Of a stretch of DNA of 64,000 nucleotides, positions 1 to 12,599 are shown piece after piece. Every line of letters begins with the position of its first letter. Position 1 is the first letter of the stretch. Under the pieces are notes generated by a model. It saw nothing but the letters and a program-made list of their open reading frames with translations. It was not told where the DNA came from and made no database searches. Source of the DNA: Phoronis australis (lineage: Eukaryota; Animalia; Phoronida); contig NMRA01000711.1 of the NCBI GenBank assembly GCA_002633005.1, positions 5,925 through 69,924 of the forward strand. The letters run 5' to 3'. Both the position numbers and the translations under genes were made by a program.

Positions 1-254
1 TCGTATGTTGGTAAATTTGTTTTTAATTCTATGTTTCTGTGGTGCTTTAAGCAACTGGTGTATAGGATGTGCTTGTATTATGAAGATTACTCACATTTTG
101 CCCCTAGCCTATTGAGGAGACAATGACCATGCCTTTCCATTTTGCAAAGTATGCCCTCTACTGGCCACTTTATGGTACCAATAAACAACCCTAGAAGGGT
201 ACCGTATGCGGTGCAATTGTGGGCGCATTTCAACGCTCCGCGTTGCTCTTGTTT
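1..254 (+). repeat. Dispersed repeat, inverted copy of 36562-36831
   Basis: Near-identical to the reverse complement of 36562-36831 apart from one short indel; a related terminus (gtgggcgcatttcaac...ttcttgtt) lies at about 44780-44835. Family not identified. Confidence 0.8.
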
Positions 255-1281
255 ATTATCGTTTTTCTACTTAATTGTTTTTGGGTTTTTTGTTTCTCTG
301 AGGCGGACCCCTCCTAGGTGCCTGCATGTTTAAGTTGAGGAAAACGTTGTTTTGTTGTTGATCATCCATATGACCATCCGCTTTTAAATGGCTTTGAGAG
401 CGCGTGAGCCCCCCCCTCCCCAACACTAAAACTGCACACATTTAAATCTTTTTTTCATCCGTATAATTTTAATTACCGGGGTTAATTAATAAACTCAACA
501 TTTCCCTGCGCTCTTACTGTTTAATTTTTTTTGCATCAGCCATGGGGGGGCCCGGGCCCCCTGCTCCCCCCCCCTAAATCCGCCTATGTAGTAAGCGTAA
601 GGTCTACTGACAAGCGAATTTTTATAGCAGTAGGACTATCTCTCGGACTGGATCGGCTTATTTTTTGCGTTGTTTGACTTTACGCGCTAGATAACGCGGA
701 TAAATTTTGTCCACACGAACACAGATTTTTGACTTTAAGAAGCCATGGTTTAAACAGTCAATTATTGTCCATGTGATCACGCACTTCGGTGCCGGTACTT
801 ATAAATAAGCGCGATCGACTCTGGTTTGAACATGTGAAGAGCGACGCTCTGCGGACAGAACTGGGTCGCTAGATTGGTTCAGTTTTTGGCCGCCAGATGA
901 CTCCTTTCCATTGAACATGGCGGTGTCAACGTGGAAATAGTGCGAACAAAAACTTGACGATAAAACTGTAAGGGGGCAAGGTAGGAGACATTTTGTTATA
1001 TTATTGGATTGAGAACGATGAGAGGAATCGAACGATACCAAAATCATGTGTGTAGGTCATTGTCGTCATATTGTAAACAATTACCGTGTTTTCTGTTCAT
1101 GGAACATGCTAGTTGAATCGACGCATCATAGACAACGACGTTTGTTCTCCAGTTCATCGTGTAAGTGCAGCTGTTCTCGTGTAAAAACAAAATTGCCATG
1201 GTTTGCTGGCTAAGAATAGAACTCACTTGCTGTCATCAATACTCCTCGCCGCGACAGGGTTCCATTTCGTTAGCCTATTAA

Positions 1282-1367
1282 AGGCGAAGACAACCTTTTT
1301 CCATGTCATTTTGAGCTAAAATAAGGTGGGTTGGTTATCATAGACATATTTTCCACATAATTACAGT
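1282..1367 (+). mobile_element. Solo Kolobok terminal inverted repeat fragment
   Basis: TTAA (1278-1281) followed by AGGCGAAGACAACCTTTTTCCATGTCATTTTGAG..., matching the first ~85 bp of the TIR of the element at 9454-11391. Confidence 0.85.
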
Positions 1368-2504
1368 GGTGACAGGATTTAGCTTGATTAACGTCGGTTT
1401 AAAATGCACGGTACCTATGGGGAGTATGGTAACACGCATCACAACAAACGAAGATTAACCCGACTGGCGACTCCAGCGAAGTCGACATCGGCGAGTATCT
1501 CAGTTAACAGGCATCATTAGAATAAACATGGAATAATTGTTAAAATAATCACAAACCTTACCTTTGTATAAGGTCGTGCTTACTTTCTCACATAGAAGCA
1601 CCCTTTTCACGCAGTCTCAGACTCAGTTGGCACGCCTACAAGCCATTTCACCATGTATTTAAAGAGCTCGCGAAATCGAGGCTGTTAATCTATCACCACT
1701 AATACACGCGCGCCCTCTAGTTAATGTAAATTCTCCGAATAGCATCGTTGTCTTCTATCAAAATATATATAATGTTACTGAAACAATGTTCATGGTGTTT
1801 ACTTTGTAACAGCTGCGTCTAATGGGGATCGATGAAAACAATTTTTTACATTTCAACTATAAGTAGCACGAGACATTTACTAAATTTAAAGGGAATATAC
1901 ATATTCATACACTCATTCACTCCGGGGGCCTAAATCTTAGTTGTAACCCCAGTCAACGAAACAAAAGAACCATAGGAGAACATCTATTATGAAATTCCAA
2001 AAGTTCACAATTTTCGGCAAAAATGTATTTTTCAATTTTGAAGTATTCATATATCTCTGCCTTGAGATGTTCAATACAGGGCAAGCGTTTTTCTAACGCT
2101 ATTTACCCAAAATCAATACTAGATTTATTACTTTTGATTCAGAATGCTTACCAAAAAGGAGAGTGATTCTTTTACCGGTTAAGGTTCCTGTGGCGGCGAA
2201 AACAAATGAGCAGTCATTACAGTGTGCTAACACAAAAGCGTGTGTAAGAAGACTTGAAGTAGGAATCGGCAAAACCTGTTGTGGCTATACTGTCGCACTC
2301 CACAACAGGTAGGCCTAGTTGTCGCTGTTGACGACATGTCTGATACTTGTGATAATTACCCGCAGGACCGCTGCAGGGCTACAGCTTAACACCAGGTAGT
2401 TGGGCCACTCAATCTTATGCGGAACTATGCAGACTCATGGACAACTTGAAACTGTCTACAATATATCCCATGGTTTGCATATTTACGAGTATTTATAACA
2501 AAGA

Positions 2505-3284
2505 CCCAGTCTAATCTGAATTAGTCAAACTCTTGCCCTTCTTAATGGTCTCAAGTTTCAGATTACTCCCTATTGCCAATTTTGCCACCCCGAAAAGCAG
2601 CAACCAGAAATCGGGTACTCATGTTGCAACAGATCTCATGAGAAACAATCACTTTCATACAGTAACACATTATGCGTTGAATGTCTGGTTTTGCAGTCAA
2701 GAAGTTACGTCCCAAATCACTCTTTATAGGCCGCATAACAGTAACGTGAGAAACACCTGCCATGTGCTGCGAAATCCATATAATTAGTCTAATTAAACGT
2801 GAAATAGCATCACATAGTACATGAGTAGACAGCACTTTGTTGCAGTTGCGAAGGATAGTTTCCGTGAGGCATACCTGTACACTCGAGCCAATTCCACAAC
2901 TGTCCTTTGACACAGCGCCACCTAGCTGTACTGAAAAGTGACCCTGAATTAACATGATCGACGACGGACACACTTAATTCTGTGTGTGGGCATCAATACA
3001 AATGCCTTGGTCGAACGTAAACCGATCACATCGCTACCGCTTGCACTGTACTTGTTTGAACTTAAGCCACGGGATCGGTTTTCCCTTCATTTTGTTTACT
3101 TCGATGTCTGCCCGTTTTAATAAATTGCAACTATTCAAGTCAAAGGTAGTCGCTGTACAAGCTAATAGTAAACTGGTAGGGTTTTCCCAGATTTCAACCA
3201 ATGGGAATGACTAGATGTTATGACGTCGGTTCCATTACTTTAACCAATGGGCAGCCATGTTGAACAACATTCGTCAGTGTTAGG
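2505..3284 (+). repeat. Intronic duplication, copy 1 (copy 2 at 8047-8824)
   Basis: Near-identical ~780 bp at an offset of ~5540; more diverged homology extends upstream (about 2150-2490 vs 7635-8020). Confidence 0.9.
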
Positions 3285-3719
3285 CAGTAAACTTGTATTA
3301 TGAACTTTCAAGAGCCGAGATTGCAGACGAATTTTTCACATTAAGCACAGTTCTGTAACTGAGAGGCATTCACCCAATGAGCTATATACATATTAAGCTT
3401 GATTTATCTTATTGCTTTCACCCAAGGTACAGCCTCAGTGACGTCAGACGCGCGTTAGCCAATAGAATTAACATTGGAAAAGCGCTTTTTTACAAAAATG
3501 TGAAAGAGTAACAAAGATGTGATTTTTGATACAGACTTTATTCATCAATTAAATTACATTAAAAATGCATGTTATTGTACTTCAGTAACCTTATTTTAAG
3601 TGGTGCAAACGCCCAAGCTATTTCGACAACTAACTTTAAGACGTCACTATGACGTAAAAAGCAAAAAATGCCATCTCACATGCTGGAGTTTACTTGTAAT
3701 ATGTATCTTTCATTTACAG

Positions 3720-3821
3720 TCTCTGGTAAGAAACAAGGAAGGAGAAATGGAAAAAGGTCAACCCAGCGTTATAAAATCTGAGCAGTCTGACATTGACAAA
3801 ACACAGCATGAAAGTACGGAG
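3720..3821 (+). CDS. TIGR04141/DUF6119-like gene, duplicated mini-exon A (SLVRNKEGEMEKGQ...HESTE)
   Basis: tttacag| acceptor and |gtaggt donor, 102 bp, phase 0/0; exon and downstream intron are homologous to exons B, C and D. Confidence 0.6.
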
Positions 3822-4440
3822 GTAGGTGCAAAATACTCGTTTTTTGTGTCTTATTTATACTTGGAAATTAAGGTAGATTTTCACATATGGGAATTAAGGT
3901 AGATATTCACAATTAGTATTTCCTATAGACCACTCGTTCAACTTGTACGTTTCTTGTTGTGAAGAGTATAGTACCTATACACTGTGTGCGATGTTCCCTC
4001 ATATCCGTGTTTGTTGTCTGTTTTATTATTGTTGTTTAATTAATTGTGTTTTTTACGCTCTTACACTGTTTTACGCAACAAATTGCATTTGACACGGAGT
4101 GGTTCAGTTCCGTATATCCCCTATGGACCGAAAATAAGAGATACAGAATTACATTATAAAGTGGGTACATAATTGGTACTTTTATGATTTAACGGAGTGT
4201 TTTGATCGTAGTGTTTTTAAAACATCAAAAACGTGAATTCACTGCAGTAACACAAACGACAGCTAAATGCTTTTCTTGCCCCATGATGCGTTAATTAATT
4301 TTTATTTTCAGTTGGTGGGGGGACAAAAAAAGAAGCTGCACCTATCTCGTAATTGCAGATGAATATGAGAAATTTGCTGGTATTCGAAATTTGCAGAAAA
4401 CGCAGAGAAATGCATGCACTGTTTGGTGTTTACAAACTTA

Positions 4441-5252
4441 GGGCTGTTCCAGTAAAATCCGTGTGGGAGGGGGGGACGGCAGTAGAAATAAAAATTCATG
4501 GGTGGTGGTCTTCAGAAAAAAACTCAAATTACGGGTGGTCGTTCCTGTAAGAAGTGATGCATTAAAAATGGGTGGTATTTTTTGACCTGTTAATGTCGAT
4601 AGGTTGGTTATTTCAGCCTTACAAACTAAAAAAAATGCAATTGTCCTAACTTATCCAAATACAAAAAAGCCCGTATTGCCAGTGAACAGAGTGCAATGTG
4701 TTCACTAAGCCATTAATCAAGTCATGGGCAACTCGATTTGAGCCAACTGTTTGTCTGCAGTCCTATTGAATTGAAAAGTTATGCAACACTGAACTGGTGT
4801 TAACACATATAAGAAAATTGATGATTTTTAAATAAAAAGTATGAGGAGTAAGATAAACAAGTTCCAATATTCACTTGACATAGAAGTATAGAAGAGTTCG
4901 TGGAGACAGTTTGAGATTCATAGATCCTTATAAATGAAAAAATGTTCATTGAAATTATAGACACATGGTGAACAGAGACACCTGGTGGCTGCCAAAAGTA
5001 TTGCTCACAGGCTACTTTAGTTTTTGACAATATTGGACAAGACAACTAGTTCTTGTCTGTCAGTCATCTAAGTTCTTAACAGGTCCTCCTGGAGGCAATT
5101 TGTTTGCAAGTGTTGGATTTTATATTTTAACCTATTAAAAATAATTAAAAAATTATGGGTCATGGGTTGGAGAAATAAATGAAAAATACGGGCGGTGGGT
5201 ATGAAATAAAAGTGCCTTCCCCCCTCCCATACAGATTTTGCTGGAACAGCCC
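4441..5252. mobile_element. PIF/Harbinger-type MITE
   Basis: ~35-bp TIRs GGGCTGTTCCAGTAAAATCCGTGTGGGAGGGGGG / CCCCCCTCCCATACAGATTTTGCTGGAACAGCCC, flanked on both sides by a TTA target-site duplication. Confidence 0.8.
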
Positions 5253-5862
5253 TTACACTTGATGGGGGATGCTTCGATTTAGTAGTTCCAGCAGTCATAC
5301 GAGATGTTACTTCCCAAATCACTCTTTAGGGGCGTATAACAGCAGCGTGACAAACACTTACAATGTGTTACAAATCCACATAATTAGTCTAATTAAGGGA
5401 GAAATAGCATCAAGTAGTAACAGAGTAGACGTCACGTTGTAGTGGCTAACTATATTTTCCATAATACAAACACCCGGTCCAAATCGACAATTAGATTGTA
5501 GGTCGTCATGATGACGTATAAAGAAAAAGATGCCATCCTACAGGGTATATGGTGATGCTGGTAACTCGTATAAGTATGTCGCTCGCGCTACCCTAGAAAC
5601 AAAACAGGGTTACATATATTGGAGTTGCGTCGACTGTTTGGTAAAGTTGCGGACATTTTAGCGTGAATGTGTTGAGCACCAATGTATAATGCGAATAATA
5701 CTTAGTCAAGGCATGTTACATGACAAACATACATGTATATATAGTCCTATCACAAAGTTTCGAAGTCAATTGTGTTCAGAGTCAGCAACATCACTGTTTA
5801 TGTTTTTGAGGACATCATGTGAATATGAAGCTGAAACTCTAAAATTTATCCATTATTTACAG

Positions 5863-6009
5863 CATTCGATGGGACTCAATGAAAAAGAAATGGCTGCAGG
5901 TCCTTCCAGCTGCGAGGAACAAAGCAGTGGATCAGCAAGTGTATGTGAATTGGCAGCCAATGATGGCAAAACTGACGTAAAATCTAAACACCCCGACACT
6001 GGCACACAG
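5863..6009 (+). CDS. TIGR04141/DUF6119-like gene, duplicated mini-exon B (HSMGLNEKE...DVKSKHPDTGTQ)
   Basis: tttacag| acceptor, |gtatgc donor, 147 bp, phase 0/0. Confidence 0.6.
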
Positions 6010-6803
6010 GTATGCGCAAAATATTTATTTTTGTGTTTTAGTTAAACTAGGGAAGGCAGATTTTTGCAATGACTATTTCCTGCGCGAAGATGGCGCTGAG
6101 CCTACATGTCTGGGGGGCCAACATTTTCTCCGGCTGTCAGCATTTGCGCAAACCACGACTACATGCGTATAGCACCGAATGGAGGAGGCCGGGGGGGGAG
6201 TTTGCCCCCCTCCCCCCAGGAAAATTTTCTGTTTTTTCCTCTAAAAATCAAGCATTTTCCTTGATTTCTGAAGTATTATCTAAGAAAAAAGGCAAAAAAA
6301 AACACGGAGAACGTGTCAAACAGGGAAATCGCATATACCAGACTCGAGCACACGACCTGGCGGATAGAGCGCGCGTGCTTTGCCACTACACCACCACAAG
6401 TTAACTACTAATGGTATACTAAGAGACCTACTTGTTTATGGTCCACAGCGTTTGCGCGCGAAACCAACTTCTTTTTGTTATGCTTTTTACACGTTTAATA
6501 GTGTGTGCAATCGGTTCTTAAAAAGTGTGTTGTATTTAAAATAGTCCTCAAATGCCCGATTAAAATTCACATCTTACCAGCAGCTTCTGTTTCTTCATCG
6601 TCACTCAGGCTCCATTTTCTGTAAAAAATGAAGTACATTTTCTTCATTGCACAGTGAAGAAGACGACGGAAACGGAGTGGTAGTGCACAGCGCCAATGCC
6701 GGTCGCCTGGGATATAGCGGGAGAGCCTATACTTAGCCATAGTCCCCCAACACTAAAACTGCAAACATTTAAATCTAGTTTCATCCGTGTAATTTCAATT
6801 GGG

Positions 6804-6913
6804 GAAAAAGCAGTGCTTTAACAAGTGCATCTCAATCGGCATCGAATGAAAGCAAACCGGATGTAAAATCTAAACACTCAATCATTCTCAAAGGAAAGTC
6901 TGTTGGCAGAAAG
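6804..6913 (+). pseudogene. 5'-truncated mini-exon C (...SNESKPDVKSKHS...GKSVGRK)
   Basis: Paralogous to exons B and D with an intact |gtgtgt donor, but its acceptor is replaced by a repeat fragment (about 6745-6800, matching 419-474). Confidence 0.5.
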
Positions 6914-8046
6914 GTGTGTGCAGAATACTGGTTTTTGTGATTTATTTATACTTGGGAAGGTAGATTTTTGCAATCATCGTTTCCTGTAGAACATTTGTTT
7001 TCCTTTTGCGCTGTGCCCTCATATCGGTGTTTGGAGTCTGTTTTTAGTAATGATTGTTTAATTACTTGAGACTTGTTAACGTTCTTACACGTATTTTAAT
7101 CAACACAATACAGCTGACACAGAGTGATTCACTTCCGTATGTCCCCCATTGACTGCAAAATAAGACACAGAATTGAATTTTAAAATGGGTTCATAATTGG
7201 GACTTTATGGTATAGCGACGAGATCTGATCGCAGTCTTTTTAAACATCGAAATAATCAATGCTCTGAAGAAACACAGCGTCAGATACATGTTGTCACTGC
7301 TTCCGACGCACAAAGTTTTTTTCCTTTTAAATGGCATTGAATGGTTCAGCAGCTGTATCTATCTCGTCATTGCAAATCAATATGAAAATTTTACTGGGAT
7401 TCATATCATCAGAATACAAGAAATGCACTAACTTTTTCGTGGTTACAAACGGCAAGATTTATATGATCAGTGGATGCATCAAAAATAGATTCAGTGGTAT
7501 ACGAATGTATGTCGGACTTACTGCTGGCGGTTTATCACCTCCATGTTCGCTAGAAAACCGTACACTTGACGGATTAGCAATTCTCCAAAGTATCCTGATT
7601 TCGTGTATCTCATAATTACAGTTTTTGACGTGATTACCAGCTAAAGAGAGAGCGTTTCTTTTGCCGATTCACGTTCCTGTGGAAGTGAAAATAAAATAGT
7701 CATTACTGTGTTTGCCAACTTGAAAGCGTGTGTTCAAAATTATTAGAAGACTTTTCAGAAGTTAGAATCAAGAACAAAAGCTATTGTGGCTATACTGTCG
7801 CATGCCACATCAAGTAGGCCTAGCTGTCAATTTTGAGGATATATCTGATGCTTATGATAATTACGTGCAGGACCGCTGCAGACCTACAGCTTTTTTAAAA
7901 GCTGTAGACCTGTTTTAAAAAAGCAGGGAGTTGGGTCATTCAGTCTTATGCGGAAAAGGGCAGACTATTGTAGCACTTGAAACTGTCTACAATATATCCG
8001 GTGGTTTGCACAGTTACCAGACTGGCCGCGTAATTATAATTACGGC

Positions 8047-8824
8047 CCAGTCTAATCTGACTTAGTCAAACTCTTGCCCTTCTTAATGGTCTCAAGTTTC
8101 AGATAACTCCCTGTTGCCAATTTTGCCACCCCGAGAAGCAGCAACCAGAAATTGGGTACTCATGTTGCAACAGATCTCGTGAGAAACAATCACTTTCATA
8201 CAGTAACACATTATGCGTTGAATGTCTGGTTTTGCAGTCAAGAAGTTACGTCCCAAATCACTCTTTATAGGCCGCATAACAGTAACGTGAGAAACACCTG
8301 CCATGTGCTGCGAAATCCATATAATTAGTCTAATTAAACGTGAAATATCATCACATAGTACATGAGTAGCCAGCACTTTGTTTCAGTTGCGAATGTTAGT
8401 TCCGTGAGGCATACCTGTACACTCGAGCCAATTCCACAACTGTCCTTTGACACAGCGCCACCTAGCTGTACTGAAAAATGACCCTGTATTAACATGATCG
8501 ACGACGGACACACTTAATTCTGTGAGTGGGCATCAATGCAAATGCCTTGGTCGAACGTAAACCGATCACATCGCTACCACTTGCACTGTACTTGTTTGAA
8601 CTTAAGCCACGGGATAGGTTTTCCCTTCATTTTGTTTACTTCTATGTCTGCTCGTTTTAATAAATTGCAACTATTCATGTCAAAGGTAGTCGCTGTACAA
8701 GCTAACAGTAAACTGGTAGGGGTTTCCCAGATTACAACCATTGGGAATGACTAGATGTTATGACGTCGGCTCCATTACTTTAACCAATGGGCAGCCATGT
8801 TGAACAACATTCGTCAGTGTTAGG
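8047..8824 (+). repeat. Intronic duplication, copy 2 (copy 1 at 2505-3284)
   Basis: Near-identical direct repeat of 2505-3284. Confidence 0.9.
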
Positions 8825-8960
8825 TTTCGTAGCAAAGTGAAATAGAAAAGTCCAAGACTAAATTGTAGGTAAACATTATGACGAATACAGTAAAACATGT
8901 AACCCTACATGCTAGTGAACATATACCCAAAACTATGTAATGTTTATCCATAACTTACAG

Positions 8961-9101
8961 TCTCCCATGAGTGGCAAGAAAGGCTCGCTGAAAAAAAGCA
9001 GTTCTGTAGCAAGTCCATCTACATCATTTGCGAATGAGACCAAACCGAAAGTAAAATCTGAACTCTCAAGCACTGACAAAGGAAAGCCTGTTCCAGGAAA
9101 G
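8961..9101 (+). CDS. TIGR04141/DUF6119-like gene, duplicated mini-exon D (SPMSGKKGS...VKSELSSTDKGKPVPGK)
   Basis: cttacag| acceptor, |gtatgt donor, 141 bp, phase 0/0. Confidence 0.6.
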
Positions 9102-9784
9102 GTATGTGCAAAATACTGGTTTGTGAGTTTTATTTTTATTTGAGAAGATGAATTTTCGCTATTGACTGTTTCCTGTAGAACATTTGTTTTCTTTTTGCGC
9201 TGTGCCCTCATATCAATGTTTGGAGTTCCACCCGTCCTAACTATATAAGGTTTCGAACTCTGATGTATGTGTCCTATTTTGTCAACTTGCAATATTACAA
9301 AAAAACAGTTTTAGACGCAGTGGTGAAAACCTACCTACCGAAAACAAGCACTTGCCATTTACTTATACACAGTTTTGGTTTCCAGCGCATTCAAAATCGG
9401 GCTTCAGGCATGCCTGAGTGGTCACTGTCCATATGCTTAAAACGTAATTTTAAAGGCGAAGGCAACCTTTTTCCATGTCATTTTGAGGTAAAATAAGGTG
9501 GGTTGGTTATCCTAGACATATTTTCCACTTAATTACAGCTTTTCGTAATTTTATTAATTACTCGTCCGCTACTGCGGAAGTGACGTTTTAGGAGGCAAGC
9601 GTTTCCCGCCACTTGGTTTTGCGTTGACTTTACCGTGCGAATCTGTTCTATTCTACTTTTGTTTTGTGCTGTTTTTCAACAATTGTCGCCACCACTTTCC
9701 ATCGGCGAGTATTCTGCGGCAAGATAAGTTAGTAGAGAACTCAACTACGTTGGATTTAGCGATTTTGTGTGTTGTAAGCTGAAA

Positions 9785-10060
9785 ATGGCTGGAGTCGGTG
9801 ACCCGTATCACAGTGACAGTAGTGTGAGTGACGGAGACCTTGTTCACAGCAGTGGTGACGAGGAATTTTTTCACGGACATTCAGTGGGTGGGTACATGTT
9901 TGAGCCCGAGTACAACGAGGCAGAGTACACACAGGCACAGGCAGCTGTTGAGAGAAACGAGGCGGCTACTGAAGACAGACGTGGTGACACATCTTGGTGC
10001 AAATGCACTGTGTGCGTTGTTATGCCTACCTCAATTGAATGCTTGTGCTGTTCCGAGTTC
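9785..10060 (+). pseudogene. KolX accessory protein N-terminus (P2X7 C-terminal 'ballast'/nanor-like Cys-rich domain), truncated
   Basis: MAGVGD...YMFEP...RRGDTSWCKCTVCVVMPTSIECLCCSE motif; the homology breaks at about 10060, where it abuts the antisense transposase. Confidence 0.75.
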
Positions 10061-11126
10061 CACATCAATTATCTTTTTGGTCTCTTCCTCCATTAGAGTG
10101 TATGTGGTATACTTGGCGGACCGCCCTGGTGAGTCAGACAAGTTCTCCTTCTCCATGAATTCCGCCACCAACTCGAGATGTTGTGACATGTATGCGTCAT
10201 TGACAACTGGTATTAAATAGGAATTCTGAATGTTGTTGAATGTTGTTTTCGAAAAAAAACTTGACTTTTCCAAAGTCCATCATTGTCTTCACCGACTGAA
10301 ACGTGTTTCCAGTGAAGAGCACACCACTGGACATGGTTAAGTGGACCTCCGGCATACCACGGACAGAGGAACAACTGTCCCACTTGCCAGAGTGTCCCGT
10401 GACACACTCCCACTGGATGGTGACCTGAGCACCCAAACTGCTTACATTGTGTCGTGTGACTCCCTCGCCACACACCTGGCACCTTCTAAATAGCTCCAAC
10501 ACTTTAGACAAGTCCACAATAAACTTATCAAAGTTTGGCTCACCGATCTGTTCACTGGACGACGAACTGTCCTCTTCACTGGGTGTCGAACTGGGCCTGT
10601 AATCACTCCCACTACTCAATATCGCTGCAGGGCTGCTTAGAGGCTCTGGGCTGGAGAAAACAGCACAGGGCGAATCACTACTGGTTCCAGGAATTGCACG
10701 CTCTGGGGTACGTTCGGAGGCACGGGTGACAGTAGATGAAGTGCCTCCACTGGCTCCAGTCACTGTACTGGCCACAGCTCGCGAGGCTTCTCGCTTCAAA
10801 AACGCACTTCTCGGGGGTGGCGACGGGGCACTGCCGGGAATCAACACAGACGGAATGGCATCCTTCTTCAGGCGTTGTTTCGCAGGGACCTTCGTCAGTT
10901 CAGCGTACAAATCCCTTTCGTAACCGGAGGGCAGAAAGTGCTTGCCACACACACGGTAATTCGCCACTGCTTTCTACGTTACGTGGACGGGTAACGCTGC
11001 GTTCTGCACACGAACGAGCCAAGTACGGCGAAGTCTGTCATCCATCGGAAAGCGATGCAAAGGTACTCCCAAAGCGCGCGTGAGCCGATAATTAGTACAT
11101 TCCGGTACGCAGCAACAGTGTGGCAT
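10055..11126 (-). pseudogene. Kolobok THAP-domain transposase, disrupted and truncated
   Basis: ATG at 11126: MPHCCCVPECTN...LHRFP...W...RVCGKHF...LKKDAIPS (THAP); in-frame TAG at 10976-10974; CQVC/C..GH..W region; frameshift at the A-run near 10252-10259; DSPGRSAKYTTYTLM motif, then a deletion. Confidence 0.8.
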
Positions 11127-12599
11127 CTTGACTGACTAGTAAATGAAAGCAAACGACGACGGAACTTAACAACACCAAGGTAGAACAATGACTGGCTCGG
11201 CAGCTCTCACAGTCAGACTATATGAAAAGAAATTGGCACGAAATGCTTGCCTCCTAAAACGTCACTTCCGCAGTAGCGGACGAGTAATTAATAAAATTAC
11301 GAAAAACTGTAATTAAGTGGAAAATATGTCTAGGATAACCAACCAACCTTATTTTAGCTCAAAATGACATGGAAAAAGGTTGCCTTTGCCTTTAAGTCCC
11401 AAACCACTCTAGGGCCGTATAACAGTAACTTGACAAGCACCTCCAATGTGTTGCGAAATCCACATAATTAAGCTAAAGAGAGAAATGGCATCACGCCGTT
11501 CTGGATTCCAATGGTTGTTTCCGTGGTGCAAACGCCCGAACCAATTCGACAACAACTAAATTGTAGGCCGTCAATGTGAATGGCGGTTGATCACCTCCAA
11601 GCTCGCCACGTAACGATAACGATATCATTTATTGTACATCGTAGGCTTTGCCTACTCATACATACAGTAAATACATAAATTCAAATGTATATTTAGAGTA
11701 TTTAAACGGAGAGCAAAGCTCCTCCTAAAGCCATAGCCTTCTGAATATACATGTGTACAATGCAAGGCGCTGAATACTGTCATGGTTTTATCTGTTGGCA
11801 TAACCTAACAAGAGATTATAGTTAACATTCACAAGCTCTGGTAGAAGATTTCTTCTAAGGTCTCCAAGAACATGGCATCGACACATGAAATGAGGCTCAT
11901 TTTCAATTTCACCCAGACAGCACATGCCGCGTATTCTCTCACTTCTAGGAATTAACTTCAAAGTGAAAATTAATATGTTGGTAAATAGTATAATGAGTAT
12001 AAAGTACCAGGAAGAACATTCATTCAGTCAGGTGCATGTATATAGGAAACAAGAGGTACAAAATTGTGCTCAAAAGGGCTTGTAAGTTGGATAACGAAAT
12101 AGAGGAAAAGTTGATACGATTTTTAGGTTTATATTTTCATAATTTTGAATTAAATTAACCCTTTGACATAAGATTAGTAGGACCTACTAATCTAATGTCA
12201 AAGGAATTCAGATCACGTGACTTTCCTCCTAATAATGAAGTTGATACGGCCAGGAGCTTGGCTGTATTTTGGATTCCTCGAAGCCATCTGCGCACTGGAA
12301 GCCGAAACGAGTGTAGTTAATACTAACAACACCATTCTAGTTCTAAAATTGTTACCCATCTTCCTTTTCACAGGGACCCCCAGTGATGGCACCAATAGTT
12401 GCTACTTCCATTTCGTCTGTTTTACATCCTTCAATGTAAATTTGTGTTTTTGACCAATCACATTACACACTGTGAATTTTACAGCTTCGAAATTTTACAT
12501 GATGTGATTGTTCAACTTCTGTGTCTTTATATAGTGGTAGTAGCTGGCATCTGGACCACTGAAAGCATCGTCCTCAAAACGTCGTCATTTCTTTTTCAG

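Larger units (their letters stand above)
9454..11391. mobile_element. Kolobok-superfamily DNA transposon, internally deleted and non-autonomous
   Basis: ~160-bp TIRs with AGG...CCT ends, TTAA on both sides (9450-9453, 11392-11395), and convergent THAP-transposase and KolX remnants inside. Confidence 0.85.

Noticed and set aside
9767-10096. P2X7 purinoceptor gene
   Set aside because: Only the Cys-rich ballast-like motif is present, inside transposon TIRs, with no TM or ectodomain exons; it is the Kolobok accessory ORF.
12399-12599. First 67 codons of the 882-aa ORF as a hydrophobic N-terminus or signal peptide
   Set aside because: It starts at TTG and lies upstream of a strong pyrimidine-rich acceptor at 12599, so it is most likely open intron sequence.
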